This document shows, piece by piece, positions 49,240 through 61,952 of a stretch of DNA of 64,000 bases (position 1 is its first letter; each line of letters begins with the position of its first letter). Made by a program: the position numbers and the translations under genes. The notes beneath the pieces are model-generated. The model was not told the DNA's origin. It worked only from the letters and a program-made list of their open reading frames with translations, and did no database searches. Source of the DNA: Leucoraja ocellata (taxonomy: Eukaryota); contig JAWMAR010000421.1 of NCBI GenBank assembly GCA_036785375.1, forward strand, positions 1,178,001 through 1,242,000, in the 5' to 3' direction.

Positions 49240-51100
49240 GAACATTGAAAAATACAGCACGGGAACAGGCCCTTCTGCCTACAATGTCTGTACTGATCAT
49301 GCTGCCAAGCTAGACTCATCTCTTCTGCCTGTGCATGATCCATATTCCTCCAGTCCCTGCGTAACCATGTGCCTTTCAAAAAGCCTTGTAAATGCCAACA
49401 TATTAATGGTTCCACAAGCACCATTGACATTGCGTTCTGAGCACCCAAACGCAGGCTTGGTGATTGTTGTGCTGAACACCTTCGCTCAGTCCGTTTAGGC
49501 TTATGTAATCTCCTGGTCACTGAACATTTTAACTCCCCCTCCCATTCCCATACTGGATTATTTCTACTTACGTTTTTAAACAAAGGAACAACTCTCCAAT
49601 CCTCCAGCTCCCTTGCCTCTGGCAAGAAAAGATACAAAGATTTCCATCAAGATTCTCCTGCAATCTTCTCACTTGTCCTTCTCTCTTAATAACCTGTCAT
49701 AGATCCCATCAGGCCCTGGGGATTTATCCACTTTAATGCTTTTTCAAGAGACCCAATTCATCCACTTCTTGATCATATAATTGCCCTAGCATATTAGTAT
49801 CCCTCACACTGATCTCTCTCTATCCCCCATGTTCATGGGTGATAGTCCAGTAAGGTTATATGGGTAGAACTTAAATACAGGGAATGCCGAAAACAAAGAG
49901 GTTGGGGGGGGGGGGGGGCACAGGGAACAATGAGGGGCCCGGCGTGGTGGAGCTGCCGAGAACAAAGAGGACAAATTTGGATGACAATGTAGATAGCATT
50001 GTTAGCAAATTTGCAGATGACACCAAAATTAGTGGCATAGTAGAGTGAGGAAAGATATCTGAAGTTTACAACAATATCTAGGTTAGTTGGGAAGATAGGC
50101 CAAGGCATGGCAAATTGAATTTAACACAGACGAGTGCAAGATGTTGTACTTTGGCATGTCAAATGAGGGTAGATCTTGCACAGTGAATGGTAGAGCCCTG
50201 GAGAGTGCTGGGAGTACGGGTACCTGGTTCCTTTAAAATGGCAAGTGGACAGTATGGAGAAGAAGGCATTTAGTTCCCTTGTCTTCATTTGGAAGGTATG
50301 GAATACAAAGGTTGACACGTCATGATTTAACTGTACAAGTCGATTGCGTGGGCTCTCTTGGAAAACTGTGCAGTTCTAGTTGCCCAGCTACAGGAAGGAT
50401 GTCATTAAGTTGAAAAGGGTGTAGAAGAGATTCACCAGGATGTTTTCTGGCCTTGCATTATAGGGAGAGGTTGGATAGGCTAAGATATCTTTTTGAGCAT
50501 AAGAAGCTAAGGGATGACCTTACTGAGGTATCCAATGTAATGAAGAAAATGGATAAAGTGAACTCTCACAGTCTTTTTGCCATTCTAACATTAGAGGACA
50601 TAGGCATAAGGTAATAGTGCAGAGATTTAAGGAGAGAGGGACCTCGGGCAATTTTTTAACTCTGAGGGTAGCCTGTATCTGGAATGAGCTGCTAGAAGAA
50701 GCAATAGAAGAATACATTTATGATTTTTAAGAGACATTTGGACATAAAGTTTAGAGAGTTCTGAGCCATATGCAAACAAATGGGACTCTAATATGCTTAC
50801 AACCTAGCGGTATGAATGTTAATTTCACTAATTTTAAGTAACGTTTACCTACACTCTCCTCCCCTCCCCTCTTGCCCCCTTTCTCCACCCGAGTAATTTA
50901 ACCAGTTCCGCAGTTCACCTATCCCTTTTCTCCAGAGGTGCTCTTTGACCCGCTGAGTTACTCCAGCACTTTGTGCCTATCATTGGTATAAACCAGCATC
51001 TGCAGTTCTTTGTTTCAGTAGCCCAACATGACAACTTGGTTGGTATGGACAGGGTGAGCTGAACGGCCTGTTACCATGATGCACAGCTCAATGACTGTAT
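49240..51100. mobile_element. Nested CR1 (minus 49240-49830; plus 49975-50790) and Penelope fragments in intron 4
   Basis: WRVVPLFK and SKFADDTKISG motifs, CR1 tails, pLTR arm at 50920-51015. Confidence 0.7.
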
Positions 51101-51925
51101 TACTCTATGTCCTTCCATGTCTCTGTATGTCATACCTATTTCTGTATCACATCTCTCTCTCGCTCTCTCTGTCTCTCACTGTCTCCCTCTCTCTAGATTC
51201 AACCTTTTTATGTTCAATTACACAAATTAGTTAAATCAATACTACAATATAAGCAGAAATCTATGCTGGAGAAACAATATTTGGAATATGGTATAATATT
51301 TTTGTCCGTAATTCCTATGGTTGTCCCTAGATGGCAGTAGCGTTACTGAAAATATTTATTCAGTGGAAACCTGGATTTAGATCCCAAATAAACAAGAGAA
51401 AACTATTTGCAAAAAAAGACTTTTCTTGTGTAAAACATGACAAAATTTGGTCTAATTTCGGGATTTTGGAAGGATACTTACAGATTGTGAATTATCAGGT
51501 ATCTACAAAAAGACTCGAATGTAAAATGAATTGGGCAACACTGACTGGCATATGTGGTAGGATTGAATGAAACATGTTCTATCCTATCCATTAGTAAGCT
51601 TTATCCCATTTGAACTGTCTCAGTTTCATCAGTTTCCCATTTCAGTCATTAATTTCTAGTTGGAGTGAATGTTATGGTTGTGTCTATTGGGCATTACTTA
51701 TTGAACATCTTCCAGCACCAGTAAATGAACATTTTTATCTGGGTAGATTCAAACCTTTACAACAGAAAGATGCCAATTTGTGACAGTTTGTTACTCTTAA
51801 GTCTTTCTGTACAGATATTTTTATCCTGTGCTGCATTTTATGCAGACTATGCAATTTTATATTTGTAAGCAATGAAATGCTGATGAGCATGCTACAATCA
51901 CTTTTATCGTTTTGTTTCTTTATAG

Positions 51926-52102
51926 AGCTACTTGGAGAATTTTTGGCCTGACCTGAAAGCAGTGCACGAGCTGTATGAGTCTATTGTTCAGTCTCGGAAA
52001 GAAAGAGAGAATGAAATTCAGGAGAAGAATGGAAAGGAATATTTGGAACATCTGTCTTTGGAAATACTGGAGGCTGGCATCAAATCTGGGAGATATATTC
52101 AG
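51926..52102 (+). CDS. DIS3L: DIS3L exon 5 ([59 protein letters not shown])
   Basis: Pyrimidine tract plus tAG, CAG|GTAAAC donor, 177 nt, open frame. Confidence 0.96.
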
Positions 52103-52588
52103 GTAAACTGACACATTTGGTTTTGAAATGGCAGTCGTGAACTCATGTTTCAACCCAGTGCGCACTACGATAGACAGAAATATAGCTGGTAGAAATGTTG
52201 CCTCGCAGCACCAACGTCTCAAGCTCAATCATGACTTTCAATGCCAATGAGGAGTTTGCATGGTCTTCCTGTGACCATGTGAGTTCTTTTCAGGTGCTCT
52301 GGTTTCCTCCCAAAGACAAGCACGTTGGTAGGTTACTTGATCACTGTAAACTGCTCTTAGAATATGTGGGTGGTAAATTCTGGGGAAGGGAAAGGCAGAT
52401 TGATGGAAATGTGGGAAGTGCCTACAAAAAATATATAGTCGCATTTTTCTACTTCCTAGGATGAGAGAGATACCCTACCAAGAGAGAGTAGTTTGGGCGT
52501 ATATTCCTTGGAGTTTAGAAGTATGAGGAGTGACCTCATTCAAACATATAACATTCCAAGATGGCTTGACAGGATAGATATTAGTCTG

Positions 52589-52685
52589 GTTACACAAAAA
52601 AGCTGGAGAAACTCAGCGGGTGCAGCAGCATCTATGGAGCGAAGGAAATAGGCAACGTTTCGGGCCGAAACCCTACTTCAGACAT
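52589..52685 (-). mobile_element. 97-bp Penelope pLTR/hammerhead unit flanked by a 14-bp duplication, inside a CR1 3' fragment (52465-53045)
   Basis: TAGATATTAGTCTG at 52575-52588 and 52686-52699. Confidence 0.75.
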
Positions 52686-53536
52686 TAGATATTAGTCTGA
52701 TTCCACCTGTGGGAGAGCTTAAACGAGGGACATTGACTCCAAGATAAGGAGCTGGTCGTTTAAAACTGAGGTCTGTAGATACTACTTCTTGCTGAGGGAG
52801 TTGAATCTCTGGAATTCACTGCTTAGGCGAGTGTGAGAACTGGATCATTAGAAGCATTTAAAATGGATATAGGTAAATATTTATAAGATCGAAAAATAGA
52901 GTGTGGAGAAATGGCACAGAAGACGAATTGAGGCTTGTGTAGATCATCCATAATCCTATTAATTAAGAGGGGGTGGGGGGAAGACTTGAAGAGCCTGATG
53001 GCTTCTATTTTATTGTCATCTTCTATTTTATTGTCCTCTTGTGTTATGAAAGAAATTTGTACAGATGGTTAATATGGACTCTGGGCCGAAGGACCTCCGC
53101 CCATGACTGACATACGATGAACTCTGTGCAGCTCAACAACTTTGCACAGAAGCTGATCGCATTGCCTTATTGTCTTTAATGGTTTAGTCTTTAATGTCAT
53201 TTAATAAGTAGCTGCATTTGATATATAAATTGGGAGTGTAGAATAGCATGTAGCCAGCATGTATTTTACAATTTACAACATTTAACAGTATCAAAATGGT
53301 TGAAAAAAGATGAGATCACAAAAACTATCCCAAGTGAATATTTGTCTGCTAATGTTAACTGAGTTTCAGCAATGTATTAAATTAAATACTTCCAGTCAGT
53401 TTTTCTTTTCGTCAATAATATTGAAAAAATGCAAATGACACAGCAAACAGTGAAATTTGTGCTGGAAAATAATTCCACTGTTTCTCAATTCTCTTGCATT
53501 TAATGTAAATATTAGCAGATTTCTTTCTGTTCTTAG

Positions 53537-53615
53537 GGTATTTTAAATGTCAACAAGCACAGATCTCAGTTGGAAGCCTTTGTTCGCATTCAGGGATTAC
53601 CTAATAAAAGATCAG
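53537..53615 (+). CDS. DIS3L: DIS3L exon 6 (GILNVNKHRSQLEAFVRIQGLPNKRS; cold-shock domain 1)
   Basis: tcttAG acceptor, CAG|GTAACT donor, 79 nt. Confidence 0.95.
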
Positions 53616-53696
53616 GTAACTTTTTTTATCTTTTTAAAATAAAGATTTTTGCCAAAATTGATTTGTTTGTATAAGTGTGTTGTTTGTGTCTCTTAG

Positions 53697-53876
53697 AACT
53701 GGAAACAGATATACTTATCTGTGGCACAAAGACTCGAAATCGTGCTATCGAGGGAGATGTGGTAGCTGTTGAGTTACTGCCAAGGAATGAATGGAAAGGA
53801 AGAGCTTCAATACTGTGTGAGAATGAATCTGAGGAGAAAGCCACCGAGGAAACCGAAACTGAGCCAATGCCTACAG
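53697..53876 (+). CDS. DIS3L: DIS3L exon 7 ([35 protein letters not shown]...EPMPT)
   Basis: tcttAG acceptor, CAG|GTACGA donor, 180 nt; RNRAxxGDxVxVELLP motif. Confidence 0.96.
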
Positions 53877-54312
53877 GTACGAGCTTAATGGTAAAACACG
53901 CAACCAAATATTTTAAGTATTATCTTTGGACATTTTTTTAAAATTGCTTTAGTTTTCTTTTCCCTGCTCAATCATGTATATAAGCAGTCGTTTCTTATAA
54001 AGACATAAAAAAGAAATGCATAAATAGGCCATTCGAACCATGTGCCTGTACAACCCATTCAATAAGATCATGGCGTTGTTTATCTCAGATCCATTTTATT
54101 GCATTAATCTAATATTTCTTAGTCCAAAAATCTATTGATCTGTGATTTGAATAAACTCAGTGACTGAGCCTCCAGGGTCCTCTTGGGCAGAGAATTCCAA
54201 AGACCCATCACACTCTGAGAAGAAATGTCTTCATCCATCTATGTTCTGAATGGTTAACACATTCACATTCAAGAAAGCTCACAGCTCCAGCATCCAGGAT
54301 TGATCCTAACCT

Positions 54313-54572
54313 TGGGTGGGGTGGGGAGGGGGTGTTTGTGGTCGAGGAGAGGGGGAGGGGTGGTGTGTGGCGGGTGCGTGGGGTGGGAGGGGAGCGGCGT
54401 GTGGGTGGGAGGAGGGGTGTGGGAGGGAGGGGGGTGTGCGGTGGAGAGGATGGGGGAGGGGGAGGGAGGATATGGGAGGGGAGAGGGAGGATGTGGGAGG
54501 AGGGAGAAGGGGGTGTGTGGGGGATGGGTGGGTGGGGGAGGGGTGTGTGTGTGGGTGGGAGGGGGGGTGAGG
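54313..54572 (+). repeat. G-rich low-complexity tract in intron 7
   Basis: Read directly; many G3+ runs. Confidence 0.9.
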
Positions 54573-54574
54573 GC

Positions 54575-54761
54575 AAACACAGCTCTAATTTCTATATGGT
54601 GAAACCAAAATGCATAAAAAATAGCCTTTTATAAAATCTGACAATTTGCACTTTAACCACATTTGATTTTTTGTTTTCTATTACAAATCTCAAATTGTGG
54701 AGCACAGAGGCAAATAAATAAACGATGGGTCTTTGTCCCAAACATTATGGAGGGCACTGTA
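54575..54761. mobile_element. Tc1/mariner terminal fragment
   Basis: Ends TGTCCCAAACATTATGGAGGGCACTG|TA, the reverse complement of a CAGTG-type Tc1 TIR with a TA target. Confidence 0.7.
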
Positions 54762-54916
54762 TAACAGGGACGGGTGAAGGGGTTGGACCAGGTTGTAAGT
54801 TCTATAGTTAAATCACATTATACATGAGATCATTCTTTTTTTTTTGTTTTAATGAATATTAACAATATGAGGCAAAAACAAATTAACGGATTCAGACTAA
54901 GTATCTTTTTTTATAG

Positions 54917-55086
54917 GTAAGGTTGTTGGCATTATTCAGCGCAATTGGCGAGATTATGTTGTGACCTTTCCGCCCAAAGAAGACATACAATCTCAGGGTA
55001 AAAATGTTCGGAAGATCCTAGTTACGCCTTGGGATTACAGAATTCCTAAAATAAGGATCAGCACTCAACAAGCTGAATCACTGCAG
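54917..55086 (+). CDS. DIS3L: DIS3L exon 8 ([57 protein letters not shown])
   Basis: T-tract plus tAG, CAG|GTAAAT donor, 170 nt; VVGIIxRNWR and RIPKIRI motifs. Confidence 0.96.
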
Positions 55087-55624
55087 GTAAATGTCATAAA
55101 TTTACTCTTTTAAAAAGTAATATAATTTATAATGTTTTGTGAACATTGTGAAGACCATATCTGCATAATTTTCGTAGACCGAGTCATTCTAAATTCCACT
55201 CCTTAGAATTGATGTTCCTTAATGCTCGTTTTCTAATTCTACGATAGTCCTTGGTTTTTTAACTTTTTGTTCATATTTGGTTTACTCACAGCCCCAACAA
55301 ACCAAACGATCATTTTCATAGCTCACTGCTGATCCAGATGTGTATACTTCCTGATGTGGAGCAGTGGATAGAAATCTCAGCCAGGAGTGCTGGTTTACTT
55401 TTGTCTTTCTAACCCTAGGTTGTTAAATCAGATGTAGCACTTATTACACCGAACCAGCTGAGAAGAACCAACACAATGCACAATGCAACTAAATCTCCAA
55501 CACCATCTGGTCATAGTCTCAGGGATTGTGCTTTATTCCATTCACTTAATTGTGGACATTAAAAAATAAATTATTTCCCATAAATTAATCTCTATACCAA
55601 TCTTGAGCATTCAAGTGAATCATA

Positions 55625-55858
55625 AGTGATTGGAACAGAATTAAGCCATTTGGCCCTTCAAGTCTACTCTGCCATTCAATCATAACTGATCTATCTCTCC
55701 CTCCTAACCCCATTCCCCTGCCTTCTCCCCATAACATCTGACACCTGTACAAATCAAGAATCTATCTATATCTACCTTAAATATATCCACTGACTTGGCC
55801 TCCACAGCCTTCTGTGGCAAAGAATTCCATAGATTCACCATCCTCTGACTAAAGAATT
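55625..55858 (-). mobile_element. CR1 3' tail
   Basis: Same tail as 28820-29010 and the reverse complement of 21100-21250. Confidence 0.75.
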
Positions 55859-56236
55859 GTTTTATCTATTTTCCATTTGGTTATGTTGAACTCCTGAGAT
55901 AAGACAAAACATTTAAATTTCACTTATTTTTATATGTGTTTAGTGGACTAACGTAATTTAAATTTTGAAAACACAAGGAACTAATTTTATGTGAAGTGTA
56001 AAACTAATGTGTGATTCCTAATGTTTTCTTTCTTTATATCAAACCCAAATATAAAATACAGCTGAGACTCGTGTTTTAGAAATTTTAATCAAGCAAAAAA
56101 GCACCTGCATTGAAGTGCAATAAAACAAGTTGCTGCACTCTGTTTAAATCATATGCTTACATAAAAGAATGAACCTGGCAGTGCTGTAATGGCCTCATAC
56201 AGGATACTTAATCATTTTTATTTCCCAATCACATAG

Positions 56237-56398
56237 AATTTCCGAATTATTGTACGAATTGATTCCTGGGATTCTACATCTCTTTATCCCAATGGACATT
56301 TTGTGAAGGTTCTTGGAAGAGCTGGTGATTTAGAGACAGAAATTGCAGCTATTCTTGTTGAAAACGGCATTTCAATTGGCCCTTTCTCTGAAGCCCAG
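56237..56398 (+). CDS. DIS3L: DIS3L exon 9 ([54 protein letters not shown]; cold-shock domain 2)
   Basis: catAG acceptor, CAG|GTAAAT donor, 162 nt; YPxGHFV motif. Confidence 0.96.
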
Positions 56399-57514
56399 GT
56401 AAATCTTAGTGTTCACTGTACGTGATGTAAGAGATGTGATTCCTTAATTATTGTTGTAAACCGTTGAATTGTACATGTGATTTTATCCAGTTTTGAAATG
56501 TATGACAAAGGAAATTATTGATGGCACAAAAATGCTGAGATTGTGTTTAGGTATAGTGATTTCTGTGTTGAAGGAGCTTATCAATTTATTAAACGCTAAA
56601 AATATTTGTATGTTAAGTTGCGAATCAGCTTAACTCATTTGTAGAACTCTGTTTCAGCATCACATTCAAACCCTCCAATTTAATGAATGTTAAATCTGGA
56701 CTAATACTTCACCCATTTCTGAGAGTATGCAACACTGTTGGAGAGTCCATCTCTAAACAAGGTTCTGTCTGCCTCATTGTGAAGATGCTAATATGGGTAC
56801 TGTGGAGTTTCTACTGATGTCTGGCTGATACCTGATTATTGACAGCCACAATCAGAAACACACTCGTCATTTATATCACTAATTTGTAGAGACACAGTGA
56901 ATGGTAGACGCTGGAATATCAGCAGGTCAGACAACATCTATGGAGGGAATGGACTGACGACATCGGATTTGGACCTTCCAGTCTGATCCAAGAGGTGACC
57001 ATTCCCTCTACAGATGCTCTCAGACCTGTTGAGTTCCTCCAGCACTTTGAGGAAAAAAGCAATATTTAGAAAAAAGAAAATAACTTGCTGTGAAACATGC
57101 TAGTCTTTGTGCCTTTTGAAGCCTTTAAGAAAATTCACGAGAGAACGTTCAAGTCTCAGAATATAGTTGTGGCAAATTTGTGTCCTGGAGAAAAACCATA
57201 CATCCACATTAGCAGTTTAGAAGTGGTGTTATAAATTGCTGCCTATGGCTCAATGCGTTTATTTTTATCTCCACAGTTCACAGTAGTGAATTTACCAATG
57301 TCAGGCACTATATCTGGGGAAGAGCAAAAACTGAAGGGCAGTTATCCTCTCTTCTAATCCCTTAGAAGGGATGCTCAAAGTCCATCTTTCCTTCATTCCA
57401 GTAACTTTTCCAGGGAAAGTATTTCTGTCTTAATTTTAACAGAAAAATATTGTTCGGATATAAAGGTATAAAAACCAATCTAAATATTTCAGCTTGTTTT
57501 CTCTAATTTTTCAG

Positions 57515-57762
57515 CTGCGTGAAATACCAGTGAACACTCCTGAGAATCCCTGGAAGGTTGATGCAGAGGAGCAAGGCAGGCGAGTGGATTTAAGAAACAC
57601 TCACCTGGTCTTCAGCATCGACCCCAAGGACTGTGAAGACGTGGATGATGCACTGTCTGTTCGCAAATTAGCAAATGAAAATTTGGAGCTGGGCGTTCAT
57701 ATTGCAGATGTCACACACTTCGTCAAATTAAATTCATACACAGATCTGGAGGCTAGATCGAG
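57515..57762 (+). CDS. DIS3L: DIS3L exon 10 (RNB catalytic motif [14 protein letters not shown]; [12 protein letters not shown])
   Basis: tttcAG acceptor, AG|GTATGG donor, 248 nt; RNase II family D-P-x4-D-x-D-D motif intact. Confidence 0.97.
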
Positions 57763-58196
57763 GTATGGCGAAATAAAAATCAGAATAAAAGCTCAAATGA
57801 TCGAAGCTGAAATAAACCTAGGAGGAATAATTGTCATTCAAAGTACTCCTTATAATAAAAGATAATTTACTTATAGGAAATGTTTTTGGAATTTCTATAA
57901 CTTTTTTTTTCTGGGATGTAGAACAGCCATTCTGGGTCACGCTGATAATGTTACTGGTGGGAAGCAAAGGAAGCAGCTGGGTCTGGACAGCTTCAGATCT
58001 CAGGCCTGAATGCAGCAGGCTGTAGACGGGGATATTGCTTTTGATATACAAATTTACAATGAAAGTGTATTGAGCATCTGCCACAAGATCCTGTTCTTGG
58101 GTTATGTCAATGTGACCATTGAAAAGTATTTTTCAGCAAAGTTGTTATACATTTTGGCCGCAAAATTAATATTGATGCAAACTACTTTCTTTACAG

Positions 58197-58289
58197 GGCA
58201 ACAACTTGTTATTTAGCAGACAGACGCTATGACATGTTACCTGCCATCCTTAGCGCTGATCGATGTTCTTTACTTGGGGGTGCTGACAG
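58197..58289 (+). CDS. DIS3L: DIS3L exon 11 ([31 protein letters not shown])
   Basis: ttacAG acceptor, AG|GTGAGT donor, 93 nt. Confidence 0.95.
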
Positions 58290-58724
58290 GTGAGTCTCAA
58301 TGATACCTGAAGCCAATCTCATTTTTTACAAAGGAAGGATGGATTTATATTTTTGCCCAGGGAGAGGAAGCAGGAAGCATTGCATATTTTAATGCTGGAA
58401 CTTTGTAACTACATTTCATTGTAATTCTGGAGAGGAGGCTAAGGATGCTCAATCAAATTATTGTTTGTTCATTTTATCCCTCTCCTACAGAAGATGGTGT
58501 CAGACTTTTATTCACTGCTTCCACTGAACTGTTGCCATCACAAACCTGCTGTAGGAAGGAATTGTGGCACCATTGTTAAACATCAGCAGGATTTCGGCCA
58601 CCTTTTAACTATGCTAGAATGCTAGATTCATTCTTAATTGTCATTAATTTACTTCATGGTATTTGTAGTTGTAATTCATCTTTCAAGCTGCAAGCTAATT
58701 GTCCATATTCATTGTCTTTTTAAG

Positions 58725-59255
58725 GTATGCAATCAGTGTGTTATGGGAATTAGATAAAACTAATTATGAAGTCCTTAAAGTGTGGTTTGGACGAACCATT
58801 ATAAGGTCTACTTACAAGATATTCTATGAAGCAGCTCAAGCCTTGTTGGATGGGGATCGCAATGTTGTGGATATCCCTGAGCTCAAAGGGCTTGAAGAGA
58901 AAGAGAAATGTAGACGGTTGAATGACTTGATATGGGCAGTGGAGAAGCTGACTGAAATAGCTCGTCGCACCCGGACAAAGCGCTCCCTTGAAGGTGGCCT
59001 AGAGTTGGAGGGAATTGAAATCCGAGTACAGTTAGATGAGAAGAAGAACATCAGTGACCTGGTGCCCAAACAACCCCTGGAGGTGCATGAGACTGTAGCA
59101 GAATGCATGATTATGGCAAACCACTGGGTGGCAAAGAAAATTACTGAGAACTTGCCTCACCAAGGCTTGCTACGATGCCATCCTCCACCAAGACAGGAGT
59201 CCTTCACTGCACTGATTGAGTGTGCAAAGGCAAAGAGATTCAAAATAGACACACG
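58725..59255 (+). CDS. DIS3L: DIS3L exon 12 ([11 protein letters not shown]...[20 protein letters not shown]...LLRCHPPP...KIDTR)
   Basis: tttaAG acceptor, CG|GTAAGG donor, 531 nt; lies within ORF 58699..59259. Confidence 0.96.
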
Positions 59256-59399
59256 GTAAGGTATGGATAGGAAGTGTCAGTTTGCATGTTTTCATTTATG
59301 GAGAAGGATCATACAGTAACTCTTGGTTTCTTATGTCAATGAAATCCTCATGCTTTGAGTCAATGCCTAGCCCGTTAACAGCCTATCATTTTTGCCATC

Positions 59400-59730
59400 T
59401 ACAAACTGCACTGCAATAACTCACATACACTACTCTGCCAGTATTTCTGTAACCCTGTAGCACCAAAGACGGGAGAAGCAGTTGCATGGAAACACTGCCA
59501 TCTGCAGGTTTCCCTCAAATTTGAGCACCGTTCTGACCTGAAAACATTCCAGTGTCCTTTCATTGAGTTTGAATCCCAGATTGCTCTGTCCAACAGCACT
59601 GTGAAGCAACTTCACCAGAAGGATTACAGTATCCAGGAGCGCAGCTCACTCTTTCAGGGGCAATTAAAGACTGGCATAAACGCTGGCTATTCCAACAGCA
59701 TCTATATCCAGAAAAAACAAATAATGAAAA
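59400..59730 (+). mobile_element. L2/Crack-like 3' tail (a related piece on minus at about 57860-58090)
   Basis: gcatggaaacactgcca...gggcaattaaag...ataaacgctggc, matching the 46880-47120 tail. Confidence 0.6.
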
Positions 59731-60070
59731 ATAAGACTGATTTAACCATTGTCCCTTGGTTGCATTTAGGAAAAGGTAGAAAATCCTGAGCATATTTTAC
59801 AGAAATGTTACTTCTGGAAATACTCGAACTGTGCTTTTGGCCATTAGGTTGTCCAATTCATAACAATTGGATGACATTAAATTTTAAAGTTATATTAAGA
59901 AAATTTGGTGAGGGGAAGTGAAGAGAGGACCACAGTTCTGGGATCCGGTAAAGAATTAATTTGGAGTAGGAGTTTTTCTGATTTCTATCTTTCCGATTCT
60001 TCTTTGTGTTCACAGATGTTTGTAATAAAAAACAATACTCATTTTTAAAATTTACATTGGTAATTTTTAG

Positions 60071-60225
60071 CTCCAACAAAGCTCTGGCAGATTCACTGGA
60101 CATGGCAGAAGATCCAGGTGATCCTCTGGTGAATAAACTCTTGCGATCCATGGCCACGCAGGCAATGTCCAATGCCCTTTATTTTTCTACTGGCTCCTGT
60201 TCAGAGGATCTCTTTTATCATTACG
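60071..60225 (+). CDS. DIS3L: DIS3L exon 13 ([51 protein letters not shown])
   Basis: ttttAG acceptor, G|GTAAAC donor, 155 nt. Confidence 0.96.
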
Positions 60226-61457
60226 GTAAACAATATTATATATTTTTTTGTCAGATTGTGGAGTAGATAAAAGCAATGTAATAGTATGATATTACATTGT
60301 GGAACTTGTTGAGGGCTTCATTTTGCAACAACTGTGCTGATTTCCCTTATGATTTTTCCTTTACAAGGCTCCCATATCTGAACATTAATTAAGTTCAGTT
60401 ATAACAGGATATTTTTATATCTTTTAAATAATGCCTGGAAAAAAGATATTCATAATTATTTTCAGATTATTTCTTCCTTGTGAAAGGTCATCTTAAAATG
60501 TTGAATATTCACACCATTGGTACGTGCATTGGCAGTGAAATAAGATTATTGTTTTCTCCCAAAACACCCACACATTCACTGCAGCATTCATTCCATTAAG
60601 CCTCTGTGTTATGCAGTGTTCAGGCTGCATTAGTCAGTGCTTGTGCCTAACACTGCATTGCAGATGCCTGTGAGTTGTCTGACAGGTTTTCCATGCTAAC
60701 ATGGGAATCACGATTTCAAAACTGCATTAGATTGTATATTTGCAATGAACACACAATTAATTAAAAAGTTGTTTTGAAAAATCATTTTTAATGTGTACAT
60801 CTTATGGGGCTTTTTATTTGATTAATTTACAATAATTTGGTTATTGGGACATAATAAAACAGAAATTATTTAAGGAAACTTTAACAGTTGACAGTTGAAC
60901 AATATGATAAGAAGTTGGCGCAGATGTCCAAATTGTTTGGTCAAGGAGGTTAATTTTTAAGAAATAAATCAGGATAGAGGCAGAAAGGTTTAATTTTGGG
61001 CATGACCATGATCACCGTTATGTGCCAGTGGAATTGGAAAAGTATAAGAGGGAGGATTTGAAAGTTTACAAATCTCACAAGATTGCAGTGCACATAGCTT
61101 TCGAACGCTCCCTCCTCCGTTCCCTCCCTTGCTTGCTCTCTCTATCTCACTTGCTCTCACTCACTGAGATCTATTAGAGAAAGTAATGAGAACGTGAGGC
61201 CATGGGATTCAAATGCAACGGTGATAGTCGTGCAGCAGAAGCTTTGCCAGGTGGTGCTGCTGAAACGCTGAGTCAAGGCCCCACTATGGATTTTTAAAAA
61301 CAATATTGATTGGGGCCAAAAGTAAGACTGATTAATGTCCTCTTAATACCATTGATGATGTTCATAATGTTTTATTTTCACATACAGTACCAATAATATT
61401 ACTCATAATCCATTGGAACCAAGTAACAAAATAAAAGTTCATTCTTATAAACCTCCT

Positions 61458-61850
61458 CTAGACCTTCTCCAGAGCCAGCACAACCTTCCTTAGATATGGT
61501 GCCCAAAATTGCTCACAATATTCCAAATGCGGCCTTAACAGCGCCTTATACAACCTCAACATTACATCGTTGTTTTTGTATACTAGTCCTCTTGAAATAA
61601 ATGCTAGCATTGAGTTTGCTTTCTTTACTATTGATTCAACTTGCAGATTAACTTTTTGGAAATCCTGCACTCGCAAGTCCCTATGTACCTCCAATTTCTG
61701 AATCCCATCTCCATTTAGAAAATAGTCTACGCCTATATACCTACAACCAAAATGCATGACCACACTTTGCTACACTATATTCCATCTGCCACTTCTCTGT
61801 TCATTCTCCCAACCCTTCCGCAGAGTTCCTGCTTTCTCAACATTACCTAG
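61458..61850 (-). mobile_element. CR1 RT C-terminal fragment
   Basis: ORF 61458..61763: KKANSMLAFISRGLVYK..LRLYKALLRPHLEYCEQFWAPYLRK. Confidence 0.9.
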
Positions 61851-61952
61851 CATAGAAACAACTTCTCTCGGAGAGTGGGGAATCTCTGGGATTCCTGACC
61901 CTTAAGAAAGGTGGTTCCATGTCATTAGGTATATTTAAGGAAGAGACAAATT

